Positions 45,080-54,716 of a DNA stretch of 64,000 nt are shown here, in pieces; the first letter of the stretch is position 1, and the number at the start of each line of letters is the position of its first letter. Origin of the DNA: an uncultured Bdellovibrionales bacterium. Lineage in GTDB: Bacteria > Bdellovibrionota > UBA1018 > CAIPTA01. The notes beneath the pieces were generated by a model, which was given only the letters and a program-made list of their open reading frames with translations, did no database searches and was not told the origin of the DNA. Where the stretch lies: contig CAZTCD010000001.1 of NCBI GenBank assembly GCA_964612065.1, forward strand, positions 7,013 to 71,012, written 5' to 3'. The position numbers and the translations under genes were made by a program.

Positions 45080-46630
45080 TTGAGCAAATATTTCGCTACT
45101 TGTGCCAGAGGCGTTGAGGAACTAACGGAAGCCGAATTGCACTCGATTGGTGTGGAAACTACTGAGCGTACCCATGGGGGAGTGTTTTTCGAAGGCGATC
45201 AGGAGGCGCTTTATCGTGCGCACCTTTGGCTGAGGACCGCGAACCGAATTCTACTGATGCTCCGTTCGTTTCCAGTGAAGAGCCCAGATGATCTTTACGA
45301 TCAACTCTCGCGCTTCAAGTGGGAAACATTTCTGCGACCAAAGCTCACTTTTTCTATCACCTGTACGATTAGTGGAAGAAATCCCATCCAGCTCAATCAT
45401 TCTCATTTCGTGAAACTCAGAGCGAAGGACGCCATCGTTGACAGGATGAGGGAAAAGACGGGAGGCCGCCCTGATGTAAATCTGGACGATGCGGACATCC
45501 GAATCGTGCTTTATATCCGGAACGGTGTTTGTACGTTGAATATGGATGCAACCGGCCGTTCGCTTCACGAACGGGGTTATCGTTCCAGCGATGCGGCAGC
45601 TCCGCTGAAGGAGACAATGGCAGCGGCTATTCTTATGCTTTCGGGGTGGAAGCCTGGAACCCCTCTTGTGGATCCCATGTGTGGATCTGGTACTCTTCTA
45701 GCCGAAGCGGCCTTGATGTCTGCGAATTTAGCTCCGGGAGCACTACGAGCCCGTTTTTCTTTTATGAATTGGCCGGATTTTAACGAAACCACTTGGAGCG
45801 GATTACTAACTGAAGCTGACTCCAAAAGGTCCGTAGTGCCCGCGGGGCAGCTTTTCGGTTTTGATAAGGATCCGGATGCTGTTAAGCAAACCAGGAAAAC
45901 CTTCCAGGTTTTGGGAATGTTGCCAGCAGTCTCTCTTGATTGCCGTAGGTTCGAACAGTTTGTTTTGCCCGATCTTCAACAGACGGGGTTTCTTGTCGTA
46001 AATCCTCCTTACGGTGAGCGCTTGGGGGACGTGGAGAAGCTGAAGCCGTTGTATAAGAACCTCGGGGACACTCTGAAAAACAAATGCACTGGCTGGACAG
46101 CCGCTGTGTTTACCGGCAGCGCCGAATTGATGAAAGCGATAGGACTTAAGGCAAGGCGGAAAATTCCATTGTGGAACGGCCCGATAGAGTGCCGCCTGCT
46201 GGTTTATGAGGTGTTCAAGGGTAATGCCCGAGACCAAAAGGTCGGGATAGTCGTAAACTCAGATCTCCAAGAGGCCAGGGAACCAGGAATTTCGTCTCTA
46301 CAAGCGGATATTCTCGAGCATGCAACGCATACATCTCATGCCGTGAATAAACTTGTTAATATTTGTAGTGAGCATTGGCTTCAAGCCGGAGACGAAAATT
46401 CACTGGAAGAATTTTGTGCCATCACGCTCTTATCCATGGTGGAGGGCGGCATAATCGAGCTATACCCTGACTTTTCCCAGTCCGCTCCCCTTTCGTTCTC
46501 TACCGCCGAAGCGGCTTTGGCCGAATGGACGGAAGAAGGATTCGAGGGAAATTTGCGGCTGGCTATTCTTGCGACGGAAAAAGGGAAACGACTGTTCCAA
46601 GAATACGTAACTTTGAATTCAGAGAGCTAA
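45080..46630 (+). CDS. THUMP-domain rRNA (guanine-N2)-methyltransferase (RlmL-like) with an extra C-terminal domain
   Basis: The THUMP N-terminus is present. The SAM-binding motif is DPMCGSGTLLAEAA and the catalytic motif is NPPYGERL. About 130 aa of C-terminal sequence are uncharacterised. Confidence 0.7.
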   Translation: MSKYFATCARGVEELTEAELHSIGVETTERTHGGVFFEGDQEALYRAHLWLRTANRILLMLRSFPVKSPDDLYDQLSRFKWETFLRPKLTFSITCTISGRNPIQLNHSHFVKLRAKDAIVDRMREKTGGRPDVNLDDADIRIVLYIRNGVCTLNMDATGRSLHERGYRSSDAAAPLKETMAAAILMLSGWKPGTPLVDPMCGSGTLLAEAALMSANLAPGALRARFSFMNWPDFNETTWSGLLTEADSKRSVVPAGQLFGFDKDPDAVKQTRKTFQVLGMLPAVSLDCRRFEQFVLPDLQQTGFLVVNPPYGERLGDVEKLKPLYKNLGDTLKNKCTGWTAAVFTGSAELMKAIGLKARRKIPLWNGPIECRLLVYEVFKGNARDQKVGIVVNSDLQEAREPGISSLQADILEHATHTSHAVNKLVNICSEHWLQAGDENSLEEFCAITLLSMVEGGIIELYPDFSQSAPLSFSTAEAALAEWTEEGFEGNLRLAILATEKGKRLFQEYVTLNSES

Positions 46631-46640
46631 GCTTACAAGC

Positions 46641-47282
46641 TTAGAGCTTGGTTAACTGCCTTCGATGAAAGAAGGTAAGCGTAGAGAGAATCTGCGCAAA
46701 TCCGAGCAGAAACACGTTTATCACCGGAATGAACAACAACAGATTCAACAAGAGCCCCAGAAAAAAATTTGAAACCGGATTCTTAAAGAACAAGCGAACT
46801 CGGAATGACAAGCGCTGGTCAAATCTGCCGTAAATGGCGCATAGAAAAGAATAGGCAGCAAGCCAGGCGATGAGAATGAACTGTACAGGTGCAAGAAGGG
46901 GAATCAAGGAGAGCGCCAGCAGGAATAAAGCCGCAGCAGCCACAAGAAGCGAGTGAAAAAACTCCCTGGCCAACCGTTTCATGCCGAAGTCCGGTGCAGG
47001 AATTTTTACTTCTCCGTAAACAGCGCGCTGAACCTCATCAATAATAGGATCTTCCACGGGTAGAAGGGAGAGTTTTCCAAAGACTAACCATGTGAGTAGG
47101 AAGACCAGCATCATGGCTGGTAATGAGATCCAAAGAGCGCTGGCTTGTAGAAGTGACTGCCACGTCAGATAAACTACAACCGATGCTGACGCAAAGGTAA
47201 TAACGCCAGGAAAGACGCCCAAAGCAAATAGCTTTGGGCGCGTAAAGAACAGCTTAATTGCATGAAAAGGAAGTGAGATCAC
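46641..47282 (-). CDS. hypothetical polytopic membrane protein (CysZ/EI24-like topology)
   Basis: The 213-aa ORF contains 4-5 TM helices. Its start overlaps the stop of the upstream metalloprotease gene by 4 nt. Confidence 0.35.
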   Translation of the reverse strand: MISLPFHAIKLFFTRPKLFALGVFPGVITFASASVVVYLTWQSLLQASALWISLPAMMLVFLLTWLVFGKLSLLPVEDPIIDEVQRAVYGEVKIPAPDFGMKRLAREFFHSLLVAAAALFLLALSLIPLLAPVQFILIAWLAAYSFLCAIYGRFDQRLSFRVRLFFKNPVSNFFLGLLLNLLLFIPVINVFLLGFAQILSTLTFFHRRQLTKL

Positions 47283-49807
47283 TTTTTCGCGTCTTGGTTT
47301 TTCTCAGCAGGTTTCCTCAAGAGCGCGGCCTTTAACGATCGCGCTACCTCGCGTTTTTGCGGAGAATCTGCATCTTGAATTTCGGCTTCAAGCATAATTT
47401 TAATACGGCCTGCCAGGCTTTGGTAGGCTTCCGACTGGTAATAAGACTTGAGTGCCTTGATGGATTCCATCCTTTCGGCGGCCGGCCGGTCATTCGTCCC
47501 TGCTTTTGCAGAAGCAAGCGATACCAATCCATTCATTACAACTTGTTCCAAATCCATTTTTTGGCCATTTCGTATATGAAAGGCGAGTGGTGCCGTAGGC
47601 GTGTTTCCCAAAGACTGGATGAATCTGAGTCTAAGTCTCGAAAGCAGGGCGGTTTCCATTCCCTTATAGGCTTTATCCAAGGCGGCTTCCAACGTCTTAA
47701 GCAAGGCTTCTTGATCTGTACGTTCGAGGCCTGCCACATAGGCAGAATTGGAAAGATAAGACAGAAGCTTGGTTTTGGTTGGATCCACGGCCGCACGAGT
47801 CACCGCCGGAAATTCATTCATTCCAATTCCCGCTTCAAAAGCTTGCAGCGCACGGTCACGCATCTCTTCTTCCTTCAGTCCTTCAGGTAGCACATCCTCT
47901 CGGAACACTTTCAAGGACTTCACGGACTGCGAGGCGAGATATCCGAAGCTGTTGGCGCTTGCGGCAATGTAGATGCCGGCGGTTCCAGAGACGCCAGCTA
48001 TCCCTTTTTTCATAGCCGCAATGAGTTCGTCTTTCGTCTTTACCGCGGACGCAGGAGGAAGAGAGAGCAGGGCATTGTCCATCTTTTCAGAAGTGATGGA
48101 TTGCATTCTTCCTCTATGTGCACCTTCTTTTGTGAAAAGCTCCAAGGCGCGAAGCGCTTGTGCCGTTGGGTCCGCCCCAATATCGTATCGATTGCAAAGG
48201 GGATCTACTCCGCCTTCATTTGAGTCGGCTTCTTCATCGTTGCAGGCGGAAAGCTCCGGATCCTGATCTTTTACATCTTTGCCTTCGTTATAGAGCACGG
48301 AGATGATCTGCCGGTCATACTCAAGGAGAGGGCCACTACTCTCTTCCAGGGCTGAGAAGGCACCGTCCTCTTCATTATAGTGATTGTAGTCCATAATGGA
48401 GGTGGAAAACGGCTTAGACGAGTCGTCTGCGTCGTAAGAAAGAGATCCACGGAAGTTGTGAGCAAGCCCGAGGGCGTGCCCAACTTCATGCATCACCACT
48501 CCCTTTAAAAGTTCTCTTGCAAACTCATCGGGCTTAACATCCGAATCGATTCGCACATTGAGCTCCTTGGCAGCCTCCATGCAGTGAATTGGAATTTTTC
48601 TGCCTGCAATTTTCCGCTTTGAAAGCAGCCGCTTTACTGCATCAACGCGAAGCATACGCTGTTGGTCGGTGTCGTCAGGCACTTGCGAGCCGGGGGTGAT
48701 TTTAGTCCAGTAGTCCTTGCCGATATTGATCCAGGCCAATGGAATATAAATCAAACTCTGGGTCTGGATTCCGGTAACGGGATCGGCATTTTGGCTTTCG
48801 TAAGCCGCGCCAGCTTCCTGAACAGTGTCCCACACGATCGTATTGAATCTCGGATCTCCCAGCTTAATCCCTTCTGGCAGCTTGCCTTCAAAGCGAATCA
48901 GATTTGGGATGTAACGGTTCCAGGCCTCAACGCCGTTTCTAATGTCTTTTAGGTATTGCTCTGGCACATTGCCGAAAACGTACCACTTAATTGGCTCTCC
49001 ATTTTTGCGGAGGAAGCGATTTGCGGCTTTGGTTTTTGTGCGAACACCAGGTTTAGATTCGTGAAAAAAGTCGCCTGCATCAAGAAATCGATAGCGTTCT
49101 GCCAGTGGATTTTCTTCCGCATTCGCCAGGATCGGTTTTGCGTCTGCTGGAATCACTAGATCGCGCGGGCGGATGGATTCCATGAAGCCGGCACGGCTAC
49201 CATCTTTTTCTTCAATCGTAGTCTCGATCAAAAAAAGTTCATCGGCAGCAATATGTTCGATAGATCGAATGTAAGAATACTTTTCCCCCTTTGATTCCTT
49301 CCCGAAAACAAAAGTTCCCAGAATAGGGGAGGCATTTTCTGTTTTAACGGTAATTAAATCCCCAACCCGGGCAACGATTGGAAGGTCCAAAATCAAGCGA
49401 GGTGGCATCGGTACGTCGCTCTCAAAGTTGATGCTCGCATCAGTCTCTAGACGAAGGCGATTGGCAAAAATTCGGAAATGAGCAGGAAGCTGGGTAAGCG
49501 AAATACCCATTAACGCGGTTTCTAACTCTTCCTCTCGAATAGACGAATTCTGAAGAGCGGCTCCGTATAAAAAAGTGCGGTTCAGCAGAGATTTAGTATC
49601 AAGGGTGATGGTTGCCTCAATTGATCCTGCAATGCGCCCGGGAATCAGGCTGCCGTCAGCTCCGATTGCCGGGGCCTTGGTTTCCTGCAGTTCTTTCACC
49701 TGAAGAGACTGAACTATAGGGGATGGCTCGCTCTCTTTCGAACATGAAAAAAGAGTGAAAGCTGAAATGGAAAGAGCGGCAAGCAAGAGCGATCGATGAG
49801 GCAGCAT
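47279..49807 (-). CDS. large metzincin-type zinc metalloprotease lipoprotein
   Basis: The lipobox is LFSC. The zinc motif is HEVGHALGLAHNF (HExxHxxGxxH). Size is 842 aa. Confidence 0.65.
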   Translation of the reverse strand: MLPHRSLLLAALSISAFTLFSCSKESEPSPIVQSLQVKELQETKAPAIGADGSLIPGRIAGSIEATITLDTKSLLNRTFLYGAALQNSSIREEELETALMGISLTQLPAHFRIFANRLRLETDASINFESDVPMPPRLILDLPIVARVGDLITVKTENASPILGTFVFGKESKGEKYSYIRSIEHIAADELFLIETTIEEKDGSRAGFMESIRPRDLVIPADAKPILANAEENPLAERYRFLDAGDFFHESKPGVRTKTKAANRFLRKNGEPIKWYVFGNVPEQYLKDIRNGVEAWNRYIPNLIRFEGKLPEGIKLGDPRFNTIVWDTVQEAGAAYESQNADPVTGIQTQSLIYIPLAWINIGKDYWTKITPGSQVPDDTDQQRMLRVDAVKRLLSKRKIAGRKIPIHCMEAAKELNVRIDSDVKPDEFARELLKGVVMHEVGHALGLAHNFRGSLSYDADDSSKPFSTSIMDYNHYNEEDGAFSALEESSGPLLEYDRQIISVLYNEGKDVKDQDPELSACNDEEADSNEGGVDPLCNRYDIGADPTAQALRALELFTKEGAHRGRMQSITSEKMDNALLSLPPASAVKTKDELIAAMKKGIAGVSGTAGIYIAASANSFGYLASQSVKSLKVFREDVLPEGLKEEEMRDRALQAFEAGIGMNEFPAVTRAAVDPTKTKLLSYLSNSAYVAGLERTDQEALLKTLEAALDKAYKGMETALLSRLRLRFIQSLGNTPTAPLAFHIRNGQKMDLEQVVMNGLVSLASAKAGTNDRPAAERMESIKALKSYYQSEAYQSLAGRIKIMLEAEIQDADSPQKREVARSLKAALLRKPAEKNQDAKK

Positions 49808-50081
49808 AGATTTCCCCTAAAGACAGGCGGTTCGGCCCTCTCGGGTTGAGTCGGGCGGTGACACTCTATGCAAAGCTGAAGCGGGGAGCAAAGAAAACTG
49901 TGGGCAACACTGGTTTCCATTGGTGAAACGGATGAAAAAGCGGAAAAAGACAGCGGAAATAGGTAAAAAATTGACTGAGTTGGTATTTTTTTCAGGGTCT
50001 TCAGGGAAACATTTGTTTGAAAGCTGCCGTGTAAGTAATCGGATTCTTGGCCAAAAATTGGCGGCCCGTTAAGCTTTTAAG

Positions 50082-51425
50082 ATGGCTACTTCCGTTCCCA
50101 AGCTTCTTCTTATTTCTGACAATCAGGATATTAAGGAGCTACTTACGTTCCAGATCACGTCGCGGTTTGCTCTTAAAGTACAGGAGTGTTCTTCGGCGCG
50201 GGACGCAGCTGAGCTTTTAAAAAAAGACATTACATTGGAGCTTTTGGTAGGGCCCTATAACGGGCCCAACTCGGTGCTCGTCAAAGCATTGAGAGAGCGG
50301 AAGAGCAAAGTTCCTGTTCTATTCTTTTTTGATCCACTTGTAGTTAAGCCCGAGAAAGAAGATCTGGGCGGCTTGAATGTAATCGGCACGGTGGAACATT
50401 CGAATCTTGTAGACGGAGTACTGAGTGCCATAGAGAAGTTTCTTCCTATGGGTGAAATTGAAGGTGGTGACTCGGAGTTTTGTCCTATTCGCACCAACTT
50501 GCTGATCAAAGTGTCTCCGTTAAAAAGTGAAATTTATATTCGCTTGAACGAAACAAAGTTTGTGAAGCTATTCCGGGCTGGAGACGAGTTCGATGCCGCC
50601 GATCTCGAAAGGTACTATCAGGAAAAAAAGGTGGAGTATATGTACCTCCGCCGCAATGAGACTGCTGAATTCATCATGAAGTTCCGAAGGGAGCTTGAGG
50701 AACTTCTGCAGAGAAAGGATCTTCCGAAAGAGGAGGCATTGGCTGCTTCGGAAATGTCGCATGAAGCAATTCATGAGCTGGTGCACAGTATCGGCTTTAA
50801 CGAAGAGGTGCAGGAGCTTGCCAAGAAAAACGTGGAGATCACTCTCAAAGCGATCGGATCCAATCCGCGACTCAGTGACCTGATCAATAAAGTAAGCCGG
50901 GAAGGGAGCTATATATCACAGCATTCCACGCTGCTCGCGCACGTAGCCTGTTGCGTTGCCAAAGAGATGGACTGGGGATCAGACGCCACGTTCTCCAAGC
51001 TGGCATTGGCGGCTTTCATGCACGATATTTCCGTAAAAGACCCTGAAATGGCGAAAGTGAACTCCTTGCGCGAACTTGAAGAAAAAAAAGGCGCGTTTCC
51101 GGCAGAAGAGATGAAGCAGTATCACCTGCATCCCGCAAAGGCAGCCGACGTGGTGAGAAGTTTCAAAGAGGTTCCGGCCGATGTAGATATCATCGTGCAG
51201 CAACATCATGAGCGTCCGAATGGCAGCGGTTTTCCACGAGGCTTGCTGTTCAACTATATCTCGCCACTTTCTAGTTTATTCATCGTCGCTCATGAGCTGA
51301 CTCAGGCGATTCTTTTTAAGAGGACATCCTTTAATCTTGGGGAATGGGTTTCTGAGAAAAAACCGGCATTCAATCAAGGCAATTTCAAGAAAGTGATGGC
51401 GGCGCTTGATAAGGTGAAGCTGTAA
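50082..51425 (+). CDS. HD-GYP-family protein with a degenerate HD-GFP motif and an N-terminal pseudo-receiver domain
   Basis: The HD motif is FMHDISV. HHERPNGSGFPRG is read against the HD-GYP signature HHExxDGxGYP, showing D to N and Y to F changes. The N-terminal 120 aa are REC-like (LLLISDNQD...) but no phosphoacceptor Asp is evident. Confidence 0.65.
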   Translation: MATSVPKLLLISDNQDIKELLTFQITSRFALKVQECSSARDAAELLKKDITLELLVGPYNGPNSVLVKALRERKSKVPVLFFFDPLVVKPEKEDLGGLNVIGTVEHSNLVDGVLSAIEKFLPMGEIEGGDSEFCPIRTNLLIKVSPLKSEIYIRLNETKFVKLFRAGDEFDAADLERYYQEKKVEYMYLRRNETAEFIMKFRRELEELLQRKDLPKEEALAASEMSHEAIHELVHSIGFNEEVQELAKKNVEITLKAIGSNPRLSDLINKVSREGSYISQHSTLLAHVACCVAKEMDWGSDATFSKLALAAFMHDISVKDPEMAKVNSLRELEEKKGAFPAEEMKQYHLHPAKAADVVRSFKEVPADVDIIVQQHHERPNGSGFPRGLLFNYISPLSSLFIVAHELTQAILFKRTSFNLGEWVSEKKPAFNQGNFKKVMAALDKVKL

Positions 51426-52122
51426 GCGGGCATACCCCGGCTTGGCCGAATATTCGGTGCCATTCCCGGTTCCATCGATTTATCACTCTGATTCTAGCGC
51501 CCGTGCGGGGGCAGTCAAAATTCAGTTCCATACTTCGCAGCATTAGAGTTTCGCATCCGGTAAGATGGGCGAATTCGCGATTCAGTTTCTTATCTCCGTG
51601 GCGGGTATCTCCAAGGATTGGAAATCCAGAGCCTGCCAGGTGCCTGCGAATTTGATGGAAGCGTCCCGTTAGGGGAACTGCTTTTACAAAAGTAAAAACG
51701 CGATCACCCCCTTTGGGGTGAAGCAGGGGAAGAGCAAAATGAGCAATAGGGAAAACCAGTGTGTGCGCATCCTTCAGCGTTTCACCTTTAACCCGAAGAG
51801 GTTCTTTGATCTCTGTTTCGTTAAGAAACTTGCCCCTGACCAGCGCGAAATAGGACTTTCCTGCATCGCGAGAGGCAAACTGAGGCTGGAGTGCTTCGGC
51901 GGCTTTTCTGCTCTTGGAAAATAGTAGAAGCCCGGAAGTGGCCCTGTCTAAGCGATGGGCCGGATAAACGCTGTAACCCAGCTGTTTGGAGAGAATACCC
52001 AGGGCATTCCAGCGGGGAAGGATGCGGACGGACTGGTCTTCTGGCGGATGAGTATGGAAGCGGGTTGGTTTGTCGATCACCACCCACGCTGGATCATCTC
52101 GCACGATTTTAAGTTTAAGCAC
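51385..52122 (-). CDS. RluA-family pseudouridine synthase
   Basis: The catalytic motif is HRLDRATSGLLLFSKS. Its 3' end converges on the HD-GYP gene and overlaps it by about 41 nt. Confidence 0.75.
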   Translation of the reverse strand: MLKLKIVRDDPAWVVIDKPTRFHTHPPEDQSVRILPRWNALGILSKQLGYSVYPAHRLDRATSGLLLFSKSRKAAEALQPQFASRDAGKSYFALVRGKFLNETEIKEPLRVKGETLKDAHTLVFPIAHFALPLLHPKGGDRVFTFVKAVPLTGRFHQIRRHLAGSGFPILGDTRHGDKKLNREFAHLTGCETLMLRSMELNFDCPRTGARIRVINRWNREWHRIFGQAGVCPLTASPYQAPPSLS

Positions 52123-52175
52123 GATTTTGGCCTCGGCCGGGGATTCTTTTGGGGTTTCAGCAAATAAGAAAAGTT

Positions 52176-52252
52176 TGGCGGACCCGATACGATTCGAACG
52201 TACGACCTTTGCCTTCGGAGGGCAACGCTCTATCCAGCTGAGCTACGGGTCC
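52176..52252 (-). tRNA. tRNA-Arg (anticodon CCG)
   Basis: The reverse complement folds as a cloverleaf: acceptor GGACCCG/CGGGTCC, anticodon stem TTGCC/GGCAA, loop CTCCGAA, T-loop TTCGAAT, and an encoded CCA. Confidence 0.85.
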
Positions 52253-52339
52253 AATGCTGAGAGTTCTTGATTTACCTCGGTGGCTCATTTGGCTCAAGGA
52301 TTTATGCATTGAGCTGTACTGAACAGTGCTTCCCGAAAT

Positions 52340-52376
52340 AGAAAAAAGCCGCAGGCAAAACGCCTGCGGCTTTTCA
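52340..52376. terminator. bidirectional intrinsic terminator downstream of the subtilisin gene
   Basis: A 9-bp stem GCCGCAGGC/GCCTGCGGC (52348-52356 and 52362-52370) has an AAAAC loop. It is flanked by an A6 tract and by TTTTC. Confidence 0.7.
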
Positions 52377-52397
52377 GGAAGGGTCCTGCAATATCGA

Positions 52398-53609
52398 CTA
52401 GTTGAGGAACTTCAGCAGGTCAACCACGCCACCCGCACGAACGCGGTCGGTCCATAGAGGCGAGCGGGTGCTCGTATTCACCAATTTCTCCGCCGTGGCT
52501 TCCGATGGCACGAAACTGCCACTTAAGCCTCTGGCAAGGGCTCCTGCCACGAGGGGCGTAGCCATCGAGGTTCCGCTCATCGATTGGAAGGATCCACCTG
52601 GAACAGTCGAAATAATGTCTGCGCCTGGAGCCGCTACGGAAACGTATTTGTCTCCGTAGTTTGAAAATGACGCCATTGCGCCACGGCTATCCGAGGCTGC
52701 AACAACTACCATATTCGAGAGGCCAGTGAATCCGGCGGGAAAGAGCGGATCGCGCTCCAAGCCCGTGTTCATATTCAGCGATTCATTGCCGGAGGCGGCC
52801 ACGAAAATAGCGCCTTTAGAGCCTGCGTATTCAATGGCTGCGCGGAGAAGCGCGAGGTTGGGTTCGGACGGATCAAAGGTTCCCCAGCTCCTGTACACTC
52901 GCCAGGAGTTAGATAGCACCCTGGCGCCATTGTCTACGGCGTACTTTATGCCAGCGGCTGCATTCGAAAGGAATCCACGGGCTTCGCTGCCAATGATTCG
53001 AACCGGCATGATCTTAACGCCGGGAGCAACACCTACGGCACCAGTGCGTGCATCAGGAGCCCCGCCGATAATCCCCGCACAGTGGGTGCCGTGTTGGTCG
53101 CCATCCATGGGGTCGCCGTCTTTCGCATCGAAATCGTAGCCGTGAACATCATCAATAAATCCGTTGCCGTCATCATCGAGTCCGTTGTTCGGAACTTCCC
53201 GGGAATTCGTATAAATATTCCTGGTGAGAGCTGGGTGATTGTAGTCCACGCCAGTATCCAGCACTGCGACGATAACGTTTTGGCCTTGGCGTGTTGCAGG
53301 AAGCTGGGAATACTTCATTGCATCGGGATGCCAGGCACGCCGGGCGGTTGCATCGTCGGCTCCTTGGTCTTCGTCAGCCGGAAGGCCGATTTGAAGGTCT
53401 TCTGTAACTTCCTCTGCAGCAGATCTGAAGGAAGCCAGAACATTGGCAAACTTCGGAGCTTCCACCACCACATAGGTATCTTCGCCAAACTGCAAGGTCT
53501 GAACGGTTTTACCCACCACCGTTCCAATTGGGTTTTTAAGAATAAAGCGCTCCGCCTTAGCTGTGGCTGGAGCAACAATCAACGCGAGAACAAGAACCAG
53601 TTTTTTCAT
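52398..53609 (-). CDS. secreted subtilisin-like serine protease (peptidase S8)
   Basis: The signal peptide is MKKLVLVLALIVAPATAKA. The catalytic triad motifs are DTGVDYNHPAL, HGTHCAGII and GTSMATPLVAG. Confidence 0.85.
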   Translation of the reverse strand: MKKLVLVLALIVAPATAKAERFILKNPIGTVVGKTVQTLQFGEDTYVVVEAPKFANVLASFRSAAEEVTEDLQIGLPADEDQGADDATARRAWHPDAMKYSQLPATRQGQNVIVAVLDTGVDYNHPALTRNIYTNSREVPNNGLDDDGNGFIDDVHGYDFDAKDGDPMDGDQHGTHCAGIIGGAPDARTGAVGVAPGVKIMPVRIIGSEARGFLSNAAAGIKYAVDNGARVLSNSWRVYRSWGTFDPSEPNLALLRAAIEYAGSKGAIFVAASGNESLNMNTGLERDPLFPAGFTGLSNMVVVAASDSRGAMASFSNYGDKYVSVAAPGADIISTVPGGSFQSMSGTSMATPLVAGALARGLSGSFVPSEATAEKLVNTSTRSPLWTDRVRAGGVVDLLKFLN

Positions 53610-53889
53610 TTTTAACCCCTCCGGTTGGAAATCTTAGGGGGGTGTTTCTGTGAGTTGCAATCTTTTAAGATAGTAATGAGGCAATTATTCTGAATGTAAA
53701 AATGGCTGCATGAATGATTTTCCCAGTGGTCTAGAGCTGCGGCATTTGCGGCGAAGTTGTAAAGGGTTCTGATTTCAGTGGTTTTGAGAATGGCTTTGGG
53801 TGAGCGCAGAGCGGCGATTCAAGAAGATTCTGGGAAACATCGCCCCAAATTGAAAGGTTCTGTCAGGAAATTAAAGGTCCAATCGCAGG

Positions 53890-53918
53890 CAAAAAAGGGC
53901 ACCGAAACTCGGTGCCCC
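53890..53918 (-). terminator. intrinsic terminator for the small secreted-protein gene
   Basis: An 8-bp stem GGGCACCG/CGGTGCCC has an AAACT loop. On the minus strand it is followed by a T6 tract, which appears as A6 at 53891-53896 on the plus strand. Confidence 0.65.
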
Positions 53919-53963
53919 CAAGAATACTCCCTCCTGGTAGAGGTGGATATAAATTAAATTTAA

Positions 53964-54440
53964 TTATTCGCCTTTCAGGTAGCGAGCGCAGCTGAGGTCG
54001 GCATTGATGCGGTCGCCATTTCTTTTCACAAGTACGAGCTTACCGCTTACCAGCTGGCCGTCAGCAACAGGAGCTGCATAGGAGAAATCGATGTCTGCGA
54101 TGATTGCATCAAGCTGGCCGAGTTTCGTGCCGAGGATCAGCTCACCTTTGCGGGAGCTATCATTGAAGCGAAGGTCTACGTTAGCTTCATATTTGGAAGC
54201 GCGATTTTCGAGTACGCCGTGAACTTGGGTGAAGCGAGCGATTGTTTTCCGGCCGAACTTCACGGCTGGATCTGAAACCACCATTACAGCGGCCACGCGA
54301 GTTCCTACTTCGGGATTGGTGTGATTGTATACTTTTACATTGAGATCGCCGCCTACGGTTTGGCAGTTGAATCCGTCAGCGTGAGCGGATGCGGAGAAAG
54401 TGGCGATGGCAAGGACGGCAAAAGTGTTTACGAGTTTCAT
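53964..54440 (-). CDS. hypothetical secreted protein
   Basis: The signal peptide is MKLVNTFAVLAIATFSASAHA. It is 158 aa with a beta-rich composition. Confidence 0.5.
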   Translation of the reverse strand: MKLVNTFAVLAIATFSASAHADGFNCQTVGGDLNVKVYNHTNPEVGTRVAAVMVVSDPAVKFGRKTIARFTQVHGVLENRASKYEANVDLRFNDSSRKGELILGTKLGQLDAIIADIDFSYAAPVADGQLVSGKLVLVKRNGDRINADLSCARYLKGE

Positions 54441-54716
54441 TTGTTTTTCCCTTTGTCTTAATCTGTCTGGGTTACGAGATCCTTCTCAGTGAACTCCGTG
54501 GCTTTTCACAGGATCGTTGCGGCTGTCCGCAGGTCGAATGTGTCGGCGAAATGGAAAGTAAGGCCCCTTTTCAGTAAACTCAAATGCATAAAAACAACGT
54601 TAATATTCATTAATTAAATAAAACAAACAATGGGTAAACGGCTTGGCCTTTCTCGCTAATAAACTTGCCGGGAAAGGCGTGTGGACGGAGGGGCTGGAAG
54701 CCATTACGATTTTTAA

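Noticed and set aside
46625-46650. AAGCTTACAAGCTT palindrome between the convergent rlmL-like and membrane-protein genes, as a terminator
   Set aside because: The stem is only 6 bp, and no U-tract follows on either strand. It is too weak to call.
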